A DNA stretch of 64,000 nt, from IMG/VR virus record IMGVR_UViG_3300021599_001517, positions 18,702 to 82,701 of that record. One strand, written 5' to 3'. Position 1 is the first letter of the stretch. Each line of letters begins with the position of its first letter. Below the pieces are notes generated by a model. The model saw only the letters and a program-made list of their open reading frames with translations, ran no database searches and was not told the DNA's origin. The stretch is from a virus (taxonomy: Duplodnaviria; Heunggongvirae; Uroviricota; Caudoviricetes). Positions 27,612 to 37,161 of the stretch are shown here, in pieces. The translations under genes and the position numbers were made by a program.

Positions 27612-27944
27612 ATGAAGCCGTTACTAGATATACTAAGATTGTCGCTAGTAGCGGCTTTCTTTTCACCGTTATTTGCTCAAGCAGAAGTAGTCTATCCAAC
27701 AAAACTAGTATGTGTTACTGAACAGGAATTAACCCCTGTTTTAACAAAATATCAAGAACAACCCGTACTAAAGTTTTCCTCTATGCGAGTTATAGGAAAT
27801 AGTCAGGGTTATTTGCAATCAGTCCTGTATATGAATCCTACTACTAAAACATGGACATTGGTTGAACAATGGGATGAAAATTTATACTGTATTGTTTCCA
27901 TAGGAGTCGATGCCGAGCCAGCGATATCGGGCGATAAAATATGA
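27612..27944 (+). CDS. Small secreted protein
   Basis: Signal peptide ...FAQA-EV. Confidence 0.4.
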   Translation: MKPLLDILRLSLVAAFFSPLFAQAEVVYPTKLVCVTEQELTPVLTKYQEQPVLKFSSMRVIGNSQGYLQSVLYMNPTTKTWTLVEQWDENLYCIVSIGVDAEPAISGDKI

Positions 27945-27966
27945 ATCAATTCCTTATAGGTGTTCA

Positions 27967-28611
27967 ATGAATGGTAAAATAGGTTTATTTTTACACCAGC
28001 CAAAATGTTCCGTTCAGAGCGGGAACGGAATCATGCAAGCACTGTATCCGCACTATTCTTTTAAAATTTTCACTAAGCATGAGATAGAAGACGATTTTTT
28101 CAACAATCTTGATATGGTCTGCTTTCCCGGTGGGTTTGGGGACAGTGATGCTTTTGACTATCTTTTACCAAACCATATTAAAAGTATAAAAAAATTTATA
28201 AATCGTGGCGGAAAGTATCTTGGTATCTGCATGGGAGCATATTGGGCAGATAAAGATTACTTTGATATATTAGAAGATATTAGAGTAGAACAATATATCA
28301 AACGTCCTAACACAGATACAAAAAGACCACATGCTAAAGCCATAGATGTTAAATGGTTTAATAGATCAGAAAAAATGTATTTTTATGATGGTTGTACTTT
28401 TGTTGGGGATCGTTCAAAGTTTGAAACAGTGTCAACGTATGCTAATGGTGATCCAATGGCTATTATTAAAAATAACATTGCACTAATTGGTTGCCATTTG
28501 GAAAGCGAACGGCATTGGTACAACAGTTATAGTTGGATGCCACGTCACTGGCATAAAGGTTCTCATCACAAATTACTTTTAGAGTTTGTCGACAGATTTT
28601 TGACCAAATAA
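27967..28611 (+). CDS. Class I glutamine amidotransferase-like (DJ-1/PfpI superfamily) protein
   Basis: ...VCFPGGFGDSDAF...INRGGKYLGICMGAYWA..., with a nucleophile-elbow Cys. The start is uncertain (the track starts at 27910). Confidence 0.4.
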   Translation: MNGKIGLFLHQPKCSVQSGNGIMQALYPHYSFKIFTKHEIEDDFFNNLDMVCFPGGFGDSDAFDYLLPNHIKSIKKFINRGGKYLGICMGAYWADKDYFDILEDIRVEQYIKRPNTDTKRPHAKAIDVKWFNRSEKMYFYDGCTFVGDRSKFETVSTYANGDPMAIIKNNIALIGCHLESERHWYNSYSWMPRHWHKGSHHKLLLEFVDRFLTK

Positions 28612-28788
28612 TTCTCCGTCTTTTAAAAATTTAATCAAATCGTCTTGTTTGACCAAATACTGCCGTCCATTTACATTGACTAATTTAAAATAGTCTCCGC
28701 CCTTCCAGCCTAATCCATCTGAATCAAATTCTGGATCTAACAGAATTCCTTTTTTATTAACCACCCACTCGTATTCAAAATTTTTCAT
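28579..28788 (-). CDS. Small hypothetical protein
   Basis: ORF convergent with 27967-28611. Confidence 0.3.
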   Translation of the reverse strand: MKNFEYEWVVNKKGILLDPEFDSDGLGWKGGDYFKLVNVNGRQYLVKQDDLIKFLKDGELFGQKSVDKL

Positions 28789-28801
28789 CCTTTATTTATT
28801 A

Positions 28802-28830
28802 TTGACTTTGTCCAAACTATCTGCTATAAT
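28802..28830 (+). promoter_or_regulatory. Consensus sigma70 promoter TTGACT-N17-TATAAT
   Basis: -35 at 28802-28807, 17-nt spacer, -10 at 28825-28830, about 30 nt before the 28860 ATG. Confidence 0.5.
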
Positions 28831-28859
28831 CTACATATTATTCAGTTGGTAAATAGACG

Positions 28860-29669
28860 ATGAAAATTAGATTAGTATCAGATCTCCATTTAGAATTTTC
28901 AGATTGCTTCGATATTAAGAATGATGATAATATCGATGTCTTAATTCTTGGCGGTGACATTATGATCGCCAGTAAAGTTCTAAAACCTCAAAGTGAATAC
29001 GGTATTCGTTTTCGTGACTTTCTAAAACGAATGAGCTTTCAGTTTCCTCATGTTATCTACATAATGGGCAATCATGAATTTTATAGTGATGGTCATTGGG
29101 TAGGTAGTGTTGAACAAATGCGCATGGCTTGCGGTGTACATGATAATATCTACATGTTGGAGAGAGATACTAAAATTATCGACGATGTAGTTTTTGTTGG
29201 TGGAACATTATGGACAGACATGAATAAGTACGATCCATTAACTATGCATGCCGTCCGAGACATGATGAACGATTATCGTGCTATTCGTAATGATCAGGCT
29301 GGATATCGAAATCTTAAACCTGCCGACACTGCCGAACGTCATCGTCAAACAGTAGATTATATTAAACATGTTGTTAAAGAACACAAAGATAAACAGTGCG
29401 TAGTAGTTGGACATCATTCTCCAAGTTGGTTAAGTGTGCATGAACAATATAAGAATGATTACATAATGAACGGTGCATATCACAGTGATCTCTCTAATAT
29501 CATGTTAGATAATCCTAATATTAAATTGTGGACGCATGGCCATACACATCATTGCTTTGACTATATGATTGGAGAAACTAGGATAGTTTGTAATCCTAGA
29601 GGTTATCATCAGGCAAGTGGGTGGAGTGAAGACACTAACTGGAACCCTTCATTATGTATAGAAATTTAA
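28860..29669 (+). CDS. Calcineurin-like metallophosphoesterase
   Basis: Contains VSDLHLEF, GGDIM, GNHEFY, GHHSP and GHTHH metal-binding motifs. Confidence 0.75.
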   Translation: MKIRLVSDLHLEFSDCFDIKNDDNIDVLILGGDIMIASKVLKPQSEYGIRFRDFLKRMSFQFPHVIYIMGNHEFYSDGHWVGSVEQMRMACGVHDNIYMLERDTKIIDDVVFVGGTLWTDMNKYDPLTMHAVRDMMNDYRAIRNDQAGYRNLKPADTAERHRQTVDYIKHVVKEHKDKQCVVVGHHSPSWLSVHEQYKNDYIMNGAYHSDLSNIMLDNPNIKLWTHGHTHHCFDYMIGETRIVCNPRGYHQASGWSEDTNWNPSLCIEI

Positions 29670-30463
29670 TCTTATTAATCCTGTTGTTCCCTATTAAGAG
29701 TTGGGCCGAATCCAACTCTTATCTTTATAATATCACCAATGATAAAATTGTCATGGGCGATAGATTAGATGAAGTACGACCAATTGCCAGCATAACAAAA
29801 ATTATGACTGCTATGATTGTATTAGACTACTATAAATCGTTATCTGATAAAATTAAAACTGGCACCGGAATGCTACCTCGTAAAGAGTATACTCTCGAAC
29901 AAATACTAACTGCTATGTTGGTACGAAGTGATAATGGCGCTGCAGAAACATTGGCTAGAAATTTTCCCGGAGGTAGGAAGGAGTTTCTAATCCAGATGAA
30001 TCGCAAAGCCAATCAACTTAAAATGTATAATACCAACTTTGATGATCCAACAGGATTGAGTAGAAAAAACGTATCTTCTATTCACGATCTTAGTTTAATG
30101 ATGACAACGGCTCAAAAATATTCTAAAATTAGAGAAATTAGCATTAAGAAACAGGCATTATTTGAAACCAAATATAAAAAGAAAATTAGAACTATTCATT
30201 TGCATAATACTAATACACCAATACTTTTTGAATTTGATACTGTAGTGGTGTCTAAAACAGGGTATACCAACCCAGCTGGATGGTGTGTGGCAATGGTAGT
30301 TGAAAAGTTCAATAACACTTATGTTGTAATTGTCTTGGGTGCTAAAAACAAAGCGCATCGTATTGACAAAGTTAAGGAAATCATGTATAATCATATTGTT
30401 GATGAAAGAGTTTTTGATAAAGACATAGACTATGATTTCCAAATCCCCCATCCTATTTTATAG
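29654..30463 (+). CDS. D-alanyl-D-alanine carboxypeptidase (peptidase S11 / PBP5-like), secreted
   Basis: Signal peptide plus SITK (SxxK), SDN (SxN) and KTG motifs in the canonical order and spacing. Confidence 0.7.
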   Translation: MYRNLILLILLFPIKSWAESNSYLYNITNDKIVMGDRLDEVRPIASITKIMTAMIVLDYYKSLSDKIKTGTGMLPRKEYTLEQILTAMLVRSDNGAAETLARNFPGGRKEFLIQMNRKANQLKMYNTNFDDPTGLSRKNVSSIHDLSLMMTTAQKYSKIREISIKKQALFETKYKKKIRTIHLHNTNTPILFEFDTVVVSKTGYTNPAGWCVAMVVEKFNNTYVVIVLGAKNKAHRIDKVKEIMYNHIVDERVFDKDIDYDFQIPHPIL

Positions 30464-30905
30464 AAAAGAAGGTCGCCGTTATATTCCGGTAGCAGAATAT
30501 GACAACGAACTATTAGATAGTTTCCCCAAAGGGGATCATCTTGTGTCTGTATACCCCGGCGGCACTAGTCGTCGCTTTAAGATTGATCCAGCTTATGCTC
30601 CTATGATTGCTGCGGGTCGTGTTGCCGAAGACAAAATCTGTAGGGCTATCGCCAAAGCCGCTGAACTACGTCCTCCTCGTTCTCCAATTACTCCTCAGCA
30701 GAAGAAAGCCTGGGAAGCATTGGCCAAAGCATTTGGCGATGAACTTTGTACCTTACAAGGATTGAGCATTCATGATTGTGCAGAAGCAGGTATTAAAGCT
30801 ATGCAGGAAGAAGCAGATAAACTTTTAAAACATGAAAGTGTTCGAAAGGCGTATGATCATTTTATGTTAATGTGCGAACTTACAAAAGAAAATACAGGAG
30901 ATTAA
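30432..30905 (+). CDS. Hypothetical protein
   Basis: ORF with locally higher GC. Confidence 0.35.
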   Translation: MISKSPILFYRKEGRRYIPVAEYDNELLDSFPKGDHLVSVYPGGTSRRFKIDPAYAPMIAAGRVAEDKICRAIAKAAELRPPRSPITPQQKKAWEALAKAFGDELCTLQGLSIHDCAEAGIKAMQEEADKLLKHESVRKAYDHFMLMCELTKENTGD

Positions 30906-30906
30906 A

Positions 30907-31086
30907 ATGGCACTACCATTATTAATAATTGGATTTGCTTCTTTGTTTGGCAGTGGTTGTACCTTTATGGACTGGCGCAGTCATCGAGAAGAAACATCTA
31001 AAATTGTTTGGACTGTTGGTCTGGCTATTATTGGTATGTATATGGTAGTTGCTGTTATTGGACAGTTAGTAAGGCATTGCTCATGA
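30907..31086 (+). CDS. Small membrane protein (59 aa, 2 TM)
   Basis: ATGA overlap with the next gene. Confidence 0.3.
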   Translation: MALPLLIIGFASLFGSGCTFMDWRSHREETSKIVWTVGLAIIGMYMVVAVIGQLVRHCS

Positions 31087-31718
31087 GTTTTAATTTAGGT
31101 GATATTTGGTCATATGAAGATAAAACTAGGAATCTTCCTAGTATTCAAGTAGTACGATATCCAACTATCCATTATCAAGATTGGTTTCCAGTATCTGTAA
31201 TCAATCCTAATTTTGAAAAAGGTCCTTGGATTGCTGGCGGTGCTGGTTTACGTTGGTATCAAGGAATTCCTGTAGGGGAAAGCGACATAGATGTATATTG
31301 TTCTTCTCCCATGCAGGCAGAGCAGTTACAACAGAAAATTTTTGCTTCAATGGCCTGTACAGAAAAATACAAATCAGATAACGCTGTTACATTAGAAGTT
31401 TCAAAAGATGATCAGACATGGACTGTACAAATAATTAAGAAAAACTATTTTACTGATATGCAAAAAGTCATTGATAGTTTTGATCTATCAGTTTGTCAAG
31501 TTGCTACTGATGGAAATACCTACTTGTTAGGCAATCATACAGCCAAGGATATTCGTGAACGCAACTTAAGAATGCGTATGCCTTTACAAGCAGATGCACT
31601 CAAGCGCCTTATCAAATATTGGACCTACGGGTATCGTCCAGTAGACGGATTATTAGAAGCAATTCAACACAATCCAGTAGGTCGTTGGGAATTTAACCCT
31701 GCAGAGGATTATCTATGA
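31083..31718 (+). CDS. Nucleotidyltransferase-fold protein (minimal NTase motif GGAGLRW...GESDIDVY)
   Basis: The hG[GS]x9-13[DE]hD pattern. Start taken at ATG 31083 (the track starts at 31008). Confidence 0.4.
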   Translation: MSFNLGDIWSYEDKTRNLPSIQVVRYPTIHYQDWFPVSVINPNFEKGPWIAGGAGLRWYQGIPVGESDIDVYCSSPMQAEQLQQKIFASMACTEKYKSDNAVTLEVSKDDQTWTVQIIKKNYFTDMQKVIDSFDLSVCQVATDGNTYLLGNHTAKDIRERNLRMRMPLQADALKRLIKYWTYGYRPVDGLLEAIQHNPVGRWEFNPAEDYL

Positions 31719-32107
31719 GAGCAGAACACAGTTGGAGTTTATTAGATCCAAGACCAGTTTTAATGTATCTAGAACATCACGATGATTATATCGTCTATTG
31801 GAATGGTGTTGTTATGCCACACAGCTATGCACTTGCTATGGCAGTAGAACAGTTTGGAATTTATGCTACTCCAGAAATGAAAAATGCAAGGTTGACAAAT
31901 TATAAGAAATTATATTATACTAACGCATTTGAAACTCGAGCTTGGGACAGTAAGATAATGGATCATGATGTTTATTCATATCTAAAAAATATAATGTCAT
32001 ATCATATTACTAAAACATGTGAAGGTAAAGAACCACAAGAAATATTATCCTGGTTTGATTATAAACGAGCCAGAACAGAAAATTATCAACCAAAGGAAGA
32101 GAAGTAA
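31715..32107 (+). CDS. Hypothetical protein
   Basis: ORF only. Confidence 0.4.
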   Translation: MRAEHSWSLLDPRPVLMYLEHHDDYIVYWNGVVMPHSYALAMAVEQFGIYATPEMKNARLTNYKKLYYTNAFETRAWDSKIMDHDVYSYLKNIMSYHITKTCEGKEPQEILSWFDYKRARTENYQPKEEK

Positions 32108-32319
32108 TGGATATGAATCAAGCAGCAGTATTTTTAGCAGGTAGTGTTTTAACTATGATTGGTTTTATAGTTATAGTTGTGGGATTAGTTATTATTAACA
32201 ATATTCTTCATAGGTATTGGAAACCTGTTAAGATGTGGAAATTTGATGTATATCCTCCGCAGTTCATGCATCAAGAACCTTTAATGGATCAACCTAAAGA
32301 AAAGGAACTTAAGAAATGA
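32107..32319 (+). CDS. Small membrane protein
   Basis: One TM helix. Confidence 0.35.
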   Translation: MDMNQAAVFLAGSVLTMIGFIVIVVGLVIINNILHRYWKPVKMWKFDVYPPQFMHQEPLMDQPKEKELKK

Positions 32320-32825
32320 TTACCTTAAAACAGTTCATGGAAACCGTTGACTACCGTATCACTGAAGGTAGTGAGTATATGTGGCAATGCTACGGTCCTA
32401 ATGCTTATAGATTAGATTCATGGTCTGGCGATCAAGACGGGCATTCTGTTAGTATTGTATTCGATACTAAAACTCAAGAAGTCTACGAAGCCAGCGCATA
32501 TGATTATAAAAATCAACGTGCCTATAGATTGATTAATACTGATTATAAGACGGATCACGATGACGAATCTGAGGATCGTGGTGTGTTAGGTAATCAAGCA
32601 TGGGATGATGTTAATTATGTTGATCTAGATGTCGATGAAGACTTTTTAGAAAAAGCACAGGCAATTGTAAATGAGGAAGATTACGACACTCGGGTTCAAG
32701 TTCAAGTAGAATTTACGGATGACGAACTATTTCGTTACATGAAATTTGCACATGATAAAGATATAACATTTAATCAATTAGTTGAGGAAGCTGTAAAATC
32801 AGCAATCAAGGAACACCAAGCATGA
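32316..32825 (+). CDS. Hypothetical acidic protein
   Basis: ORF only. Confidence 0.4.
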   Translation: MITLKQFMETVDYRITEGSEYMWQCYGPNAYRLDSWSGDQDGHSVSIVFDTKTQEVYEASAYDYKNQRAYRLINTDYKTDHDDESEDRGVLGNQAWDDVNYVDLDVDEDFLEKAQAIVNEEDYDTRVQVQVEFTDDELFRYMKFAHDKDITFNQLVEEAVKSAIKEHQA

Positions 32826-33010
32826 TTAAAGTTGTACTGTCGTTCTTAGTTGTTGCTGTTGTATTTCATTTTGTAATCGAATCTTGGAGATATACTTCAG
32901 GAAAAGAACGTTGGAATAGTATAAAAACCTTGACATACAGTCTAGGTCTTGCTACACTAACTTTCATAGCATTATCGCTATTTGTTTTTTTATTTTAAGG
33001 ATTTACACAC

Positions 33011-33808
33011 ATGAAACGTATCGCAACTCTTGGCCTTATCGCTGCCGCTGTGTTGGCAACTGGCTGTACTCGTATTGAAACCGGTGAGGTTGGTGTACGA
33101 GTTGGTTTTGACAAACAGGTTCAACCTGGTGAACTATTGCCTGGTTCGTTTAATCAGGTATTGATTGGCGACGTGCTTACATTCCCTATCAAGGATGTCA
33201 ACGTCACACTAGAGAACATGACTCCTGTGGCCAAAGATAATAGCACAATGAAAGACTTTGATGCTGTGGTTGTTTACAACATCAACCCACAACAAGTATC
33301 AGAACTGTATGCTACCAAGAACAAGGCTTTCCACGCTGACTTCAAAGGCGACACTTATGTGATGTATAACTACATTGTTCAGAATGCTCGTAATGCTATC
33401 TACAAAGCCGCACGTAAGTACGAAGCCTTGGACATGGCAGACAATCGTGGCGAAATGGAGAAGTTCATCCAAGACGAGATCGTTCGCAACTTGTCAGAAG
33501 AAAAGTTGGACGGTACTATTATGATTAGTCAAGTGCTGATTCGTAATGTTGTGCCAGCAGACAGTGTGGTTGAATCAGCTAACGCATTAGTTCGTTCAAA
33601 GAACGAGTTGAAGCAGAAGGAAGTTGAAGTTAAGACTGCTGAAGCCGAAAGCCGTCGTATGGCAGCATTGGCTAACAACTCAGGTGCATCAATTGCATTC
33701 ATGCAGGCCCAAGCCATGTTAAATATCTCCGAAGGTATTAAGAACGGTCAAGTGCAGACTATTGTAGTGCCTTCAAACTTTAACGCTTTGATGTTACCCA
33801 AACAATAA
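33011..33808 (+). CDS. SPFH/band-7 (stomatin/prohibitin-like) domain lipoprotein
   Basis: Lipobox LATGCT. An SPFH-like core followed by a coiled-coil. Confidence 0.7.
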   Translation: MKRIATLGLIAAAVLATGCTRIETGEVGVRVGFDKQVQPGELLPGSFNQVLIGDVLTFPIKDVNVTLENMTPVAKDNSTMKDFDAVVVYNINPQQVSELYATKNKAFHADFKGDTYVMYNYIVQNARNAIYKAARKYEALDMADNRGEMEKFIQDEIVRNLSEEKLDGTIMISQVLIRNVVPADSVVESANALVRSKNELKQKEVEVKTAEAESRRMAALANNSGASIAFMQAQAMLNISEGIKNGQVQTIVVPSNFNALMLPKQ

Positions 33809-33976
33809 TGTAGGATTATTTCTTAGAGGTTAATTAGTGATATTAGAAATTATGATGTGGGGTTTTTTCTCCGCCTGGGGGTGGTTTGGAGCCAGTTATA
33901 TTAAAGATCAAATCTGGAAACCAGAAACTGTTGAGCAGGATAAGCAACAGAAACAAGAAAAGAAAGATTAATAATT

Positions 33977-34237
33977 ATGAATTATAATTTCAATATCACT
34001 ATGACAACTGATATATCTTCAACTATTGTAGAGGAAATAATAAAAAAAATAGTAGAAGAACAAACAGGTAAAAAAATTTCCTCTATAGAAGTTAAACTAC
34101 GCCGAGTACAAAAAGGCATAGGTCCCAATGAATCAATTGACACTGTGTTTGACGGATATAACATTGTGTTTGTTGAAGAATCCACAAAAGGAAACAAACA
34201 ACCTAATACTGGATTTAAACCTGCTGTTTATCAATGA
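33977..34237 (+). CDS. Hypothetical protein
   Basis: ORF only. Confidence 0.35.
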   Translation: MNYNFNITMTTDISSTIVEEIIKKIVEEQTGKKISSIEVKLRRVQKGIGPNESIDTVFDGYNIVFVEESTKGNKQPNTGFKPAVYQ

Positions 34238-34560
34238 CTTTAACTAATCAAAGACTTATTGAAGAAATAAAAGGAATCCGCCGAGTGGTGATTAACATTT
34301 GCCACGGCGGATTTAGCCTTAGTGATCAAGCAATTGAAAAATATCGAGAGCTCACCGGTATAACTGATGAAAAATTTTGGGATCGAGATATATCAAGAGA
34401 CGATCCCTATCTAATTCAAATAATCAATGAAATGGGCGAAAAAGCCAACGGTTCTTACGCCGAATTAAAAATCGTAGAGATTCCTGCAGATGTTGATTGG
34501 ATTGTTGAGGAATACGATGGAAGAGAATGGATTGCCGAACGACATAGAACTTGGGACTAA
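34234..34560 (+). CDS. Hypothetical protein
   Basis: ORF only. Confidence 0.35.
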   Translation: MTLTNQRLIEEIKGIRRVVINICHGGFSLSDQAIEKYRELTGITDEKFWDRDISRDDPYLIQIINEMGEKANGSYAELKIVEIPADVDWIVEEYDGREWIAERHRTWD

Positions 34561-34792
34561 ACTTAAACAAGTTTTAGCTACAAGATCTCGAGCTGTCTTT
34601 AGTTATCGTATCAACTTTGACACAATAGGATATGAATCTTTAGATCTCATGAGAAAGTGGTGTGAAGATAATTGCTCTGGACTTTGGCGATTAGAGCATG
34701 TCCACGCACTATATTTTCAATTTGAAAACGACAGAGATGCTACAATGTTTATGCTACGTTGGGGCGGAGCAGAAGGAAATAGATTGAAATGA
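34490..34792 (+). CDS. 'LKW'-family small protein (start uncertain; core ...WCEDNCSGLW...FQFENDRDATMFMLRWGG...)
   Basis: Shares the W[CM].E...F.F.NE.DA..F.LKW domain with 7 neighbouring genes. Confidence 0.4.
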   Translation: MLIGLLRNTMEENGLPNDIELGTKLKQVLATRSRAVFSYRINFDTIGYESLDLMRKWCEDNCSGLWRLEHVHALYFQFENDRDATMFMLRWGGAEGNRLK

Positions 34793-34795
34793 GAG

Positions 34796-35014
34796 GTGGG
34801 CATGACATATACTGTAGAAAAATTTTCCTTACCTAATAATTTACATGAATGGTTAATTCATGATTATGAAACGAATTTTTTAGGTCCAGGTAAACGATAT
34901 CCAAAAAATTATTCAGATCAATATAAAAAAAGATATAATTGTCATTATGATTGTCATTATTATACATTTGACTCAGAAAAAGATTATATGTTATTTTTGT
35001 TAAAATGGTCATGA
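34796..35014 (+). CDS. 'LKW'-family small protein (...DSEKDYMLFLLKWS)
   Basis: Has the family C-terminal motif. Its terminal codons embed the next gene's ATG. Confidence 0.5.
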   Translation: MGMTYTVEKFSLPNNLHEWLIHDYETNFLGPGKRYPKNYSDQYKKRYNCHYDCHYYTFDSEKDYMLFLLKWS

Positions 35015-35403
35015 TTTATTCTTGGCAAAAAGAGATATTAGAAAAAATGACGCAGTACAAAGGTAAAGGTATGACAACAATTACTGGACGCAAGTTAGGC
35101 AAGAGTGCCTTTTCTGCTCAGGCTTTTCAACGACTGTGGGAAGATCTTCATGCTCGCCCGGTGGAAGATCTTAAGCTCACAGAAGGCACAGTCTACGGTG
35201 CTAGATATTATTGTGTAGAACCAGTTGGTGGAGTATGGCGAGAAATGGAAGCGTGGTGTGTCGAAACATTTGGTTCAGTTGGGGAACACATGTGGGGTAA
35301 CGAGAAAGCACCAGACCCTGCACAGCGTTGGTACATGAACAATCGCAAGTTCTGGTTCCACAATGAAGTAGATAGAATGGTGTTTGTATTAAAATGGCGA
35401 TAA
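35005..35403 (+). CDS. 'LKW'-family protein (...EAWCVETFG...NEVDRMVFVLKWR)
   Basis: Starts at the ATG inside the upstream AAATGG. Confidence 0.5.
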   Translation: MVMIYSWQKEILEKMTQYKGKGMTTITGRKLGKSAFSAQAFQRLWEDLHARPVEDLKLTEGTVYGARYYCVEPVGGVWREMEAWCVETFGSVGEHMWGNEKAPDPAQRWYMNNRKFWFHNEVDRMVFVLKWR

Positions 35404-35771
35404 AACTTTTAAGACGAAAAGTTATTATAAGAGAGCACGACTTTAATAAAGTTGAAGCTAAATCTCGGCACCTGTCATTATATGACAGGATGTCATTTAC
35501 TCCTCTTAATCAAGATAGTTTAGAAAAATTAAAACTACAAGAAATTTTAAGAGGTAAGACTGGGCCTTTAGCAGCTATTGATACTGATCTTAAAATGCCT
35601 GCAGTTCTAGTGGCACAGTTACAAGACTTTCTCTACGACAAAAAATATCATCAATGGACTGTATCCATTGATGAAGAAGGTTACCTCTGTGTACAGTCTA
35701 GAAAGAATACACCTAGAACTAGATTAGGGTGGGGTATCTTTGAAAAAGATATAGAAAGACATTATGAATAA
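35394..35771 (+). CDS. Hypothetical protein (starts at the ATG inside the upstream LKW codons)
   Basis: ORF only. No LKW motif. Confidence 0.4.
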   Translation: MAIKLLRRKVIIREHDFNKVEAKSRHLSLYDRMSFTPLNQDSLEKLKLQEILRGKTGPLAAIDTDLKMPAVLVAQLQDFLYDKKYHQWTVSIDEEGYLCVQSRKNTPRTRLGWGIFEKDIERHYE

Positions 35772-36027
35772 TTTAGAAGAAGAAATAACTCAAGAACTAG
35801 CTACACAGATGCAAAGTGAAATGGACTTTCATATTCTTTCTGATATGTTGGTCAAATCCTGCGGATGGAAGAAAGTCACATTAACCAGATTCTTTAGTCG
35901 TAAACATTCTGTGAATATTTTAATGTGGTGCGAAGAAAATATTAAAAATCCTTTTGAACATAGAGGAAGCACTTTTGTATTTGAGAATGAAGGTGATGCT
36001 GTTAACTTTACACTAAAATGGTTATGA
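35764..36027 (+). CDS. 'LKW'-family small protein (...MWCEENIKNPFEHRGSTFVFENEGDAVNFTLKWL)
   Basis: Family motif. Confidence 0.5.
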   Translation: MNNLEEEITQELATQMQSEMDFHILSDMLVKSCGWKKVTLTRFFSRKHSVNILMWCEENIKNPFEHRGSTFVFENEGDAVNFTLKWL

Positions 36028-36248
36028 AAACTGCTAGAGATTTTCCTTACCAAACAGTTACTGATAGAACCAATCATGGAAAAGCTGCAGAATGGTGCAA
36101 GGAAAAGTTTGGTCCTAGATGGGAAGCTATAGGATATAGAGAAGGTACATGGTGTACATTTTGGCAAGGTCGAGGCGTACCGGGAAGCTATGAATGGTTC
36201 TTTCTCAACGAACAAGATTATTTGATGTTTACTTTAAAATGGTTATAA
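36018..36248 (+). CDS. 'LKW'-family small protein (...EWCKEKFGPRW...NEQDYLMFTLKWL)
   Basis: Family motif. Starts at the ATG inside the upstream AAATGG. Confidence 0.5.
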   Translation: MVMKTARDFPYQTVTDRTNHGKAAEWCKEKFGPRWEAIGYREGTWCTFWQGRGVPGSYEWFFLNEQDYLMFTLKWL

Positions 36249-36505
36249 AAACTTCTGTACACCATTGGCGTTTTGAGGACGGCAAGACAGTGCCTAACCC
36301 CAGTAGCCATTTCCCTTTAGGACCTCCTCCTCGTGGTTGGTACTGTTGGGTATATCCCGAAGACGATCATGAGTTTGAAGAATGGATGGCTAAGATGTGT
36401 CCTACGACAGATTGCACACACCGATTTAACGGTGGCGATCCCATGTACACCGTTTTTATTAAAGAAGATAAAGAAGCGACACTGTTTCAATTAAAATGGA
36501 TGTAA
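36239..36505 (+). CDS. 'LKW'-family small protein (...EEWMAKMCPTTDC...KEDKEATLFQLKWM)
   Basis: Start taken at the ATG inside the upstream TTAAAATGGTTATAA (the track starts at 36194). Confidence 0.45.
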   Translation: MVIKTSVHHWRFEDGKTVPNPSSHFPLGPPPRGWYCWVYPEDDHEFEEWMAKMCPTTDCTHRFNGGDPMYTVFIKEDKEATLFQLKWM

Positions 36506-36508
36506 TAC

Positions 36509-36904
36509 ATGGCAAGATGGTATAAGGATATCGACAGAACTTTTCAAATTAATGAATATCTTTCTGATCGATATTCTTCAAATCATAAAGACAAGATTCG
36601 TTGGCCGGTAACAAATAAGTATGTTATAATAAACACCCCCGAAGGAGATCGCGTGGAAGAAGTTAAAGAGATAATAGTTCATCAATTCTCGATGGGGGAT
36701 GTTGAAGATCCAGATCTTTACGCTGCTACTCCTCTATGGGAGTGGGAGAAAAGTGAACAAGGACAGTGGGTAATGAAAAATGCCGTGGATACCCCAACGT
36801 GGTATCGAATGGCTGATACCAGTATATTTGGTTACAAATATCAAATTAGAGCCAAGCTAATGGGTCCGGCATTAACAGAATGGTTGTTGAGGTTTGGTGA
36901 GTGA
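36509..36904 (+). CDS. Hypothetical protein
   Basis: ORF only. Confidence 0.4.
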   Translation: MARWYKDIDRTFQINEYLSDRYSSNHKDKIRWPVTNKYVIINTPEGDRVEEVKEIIVHQFSMGDVEDPDLYAATPLWEWEKSEQGQWVMKNAVDTPTWYRMADTSIFGYKYQIRAKLMGPALTEWLLRFGE

Positions 36905-37161
36905 AAGATAATCCAAAACAATTTATTACTATGGCTCACAAAAAAGTGGGTTCGGTATTATTAGAAGATGATAAACTGATGTCTATCTTAAATGGTTATC
37001 ATATTGTACGATTAGAAGGTGACGACGACTTTAATGAAAAACTCACGTGGTGTATGGAACACTGTCAAAGTAAATTTCGAGATATAAGAGAATCTAACTG
37101 CCGTGCTTGGTATTTTCAAAATGAACAGGACGCCAGTATGTTTGCCATGAAATGGTCTTAA
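36901..37161 (+). CDS. 'LKW'-family small protein (...LTWCMEHCQSKF...QNEQDASMFAMKWS)
   Basis: Family motif. Confidence 0.5.
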   Translation: MKDNPKQFITMAHKKVGSVLLEDDKLMSILNGYHIVRLEGDDDFNEKLTWCMEHCQSKFRDIRESNCRAWYFQNEQDASMFAMKWS

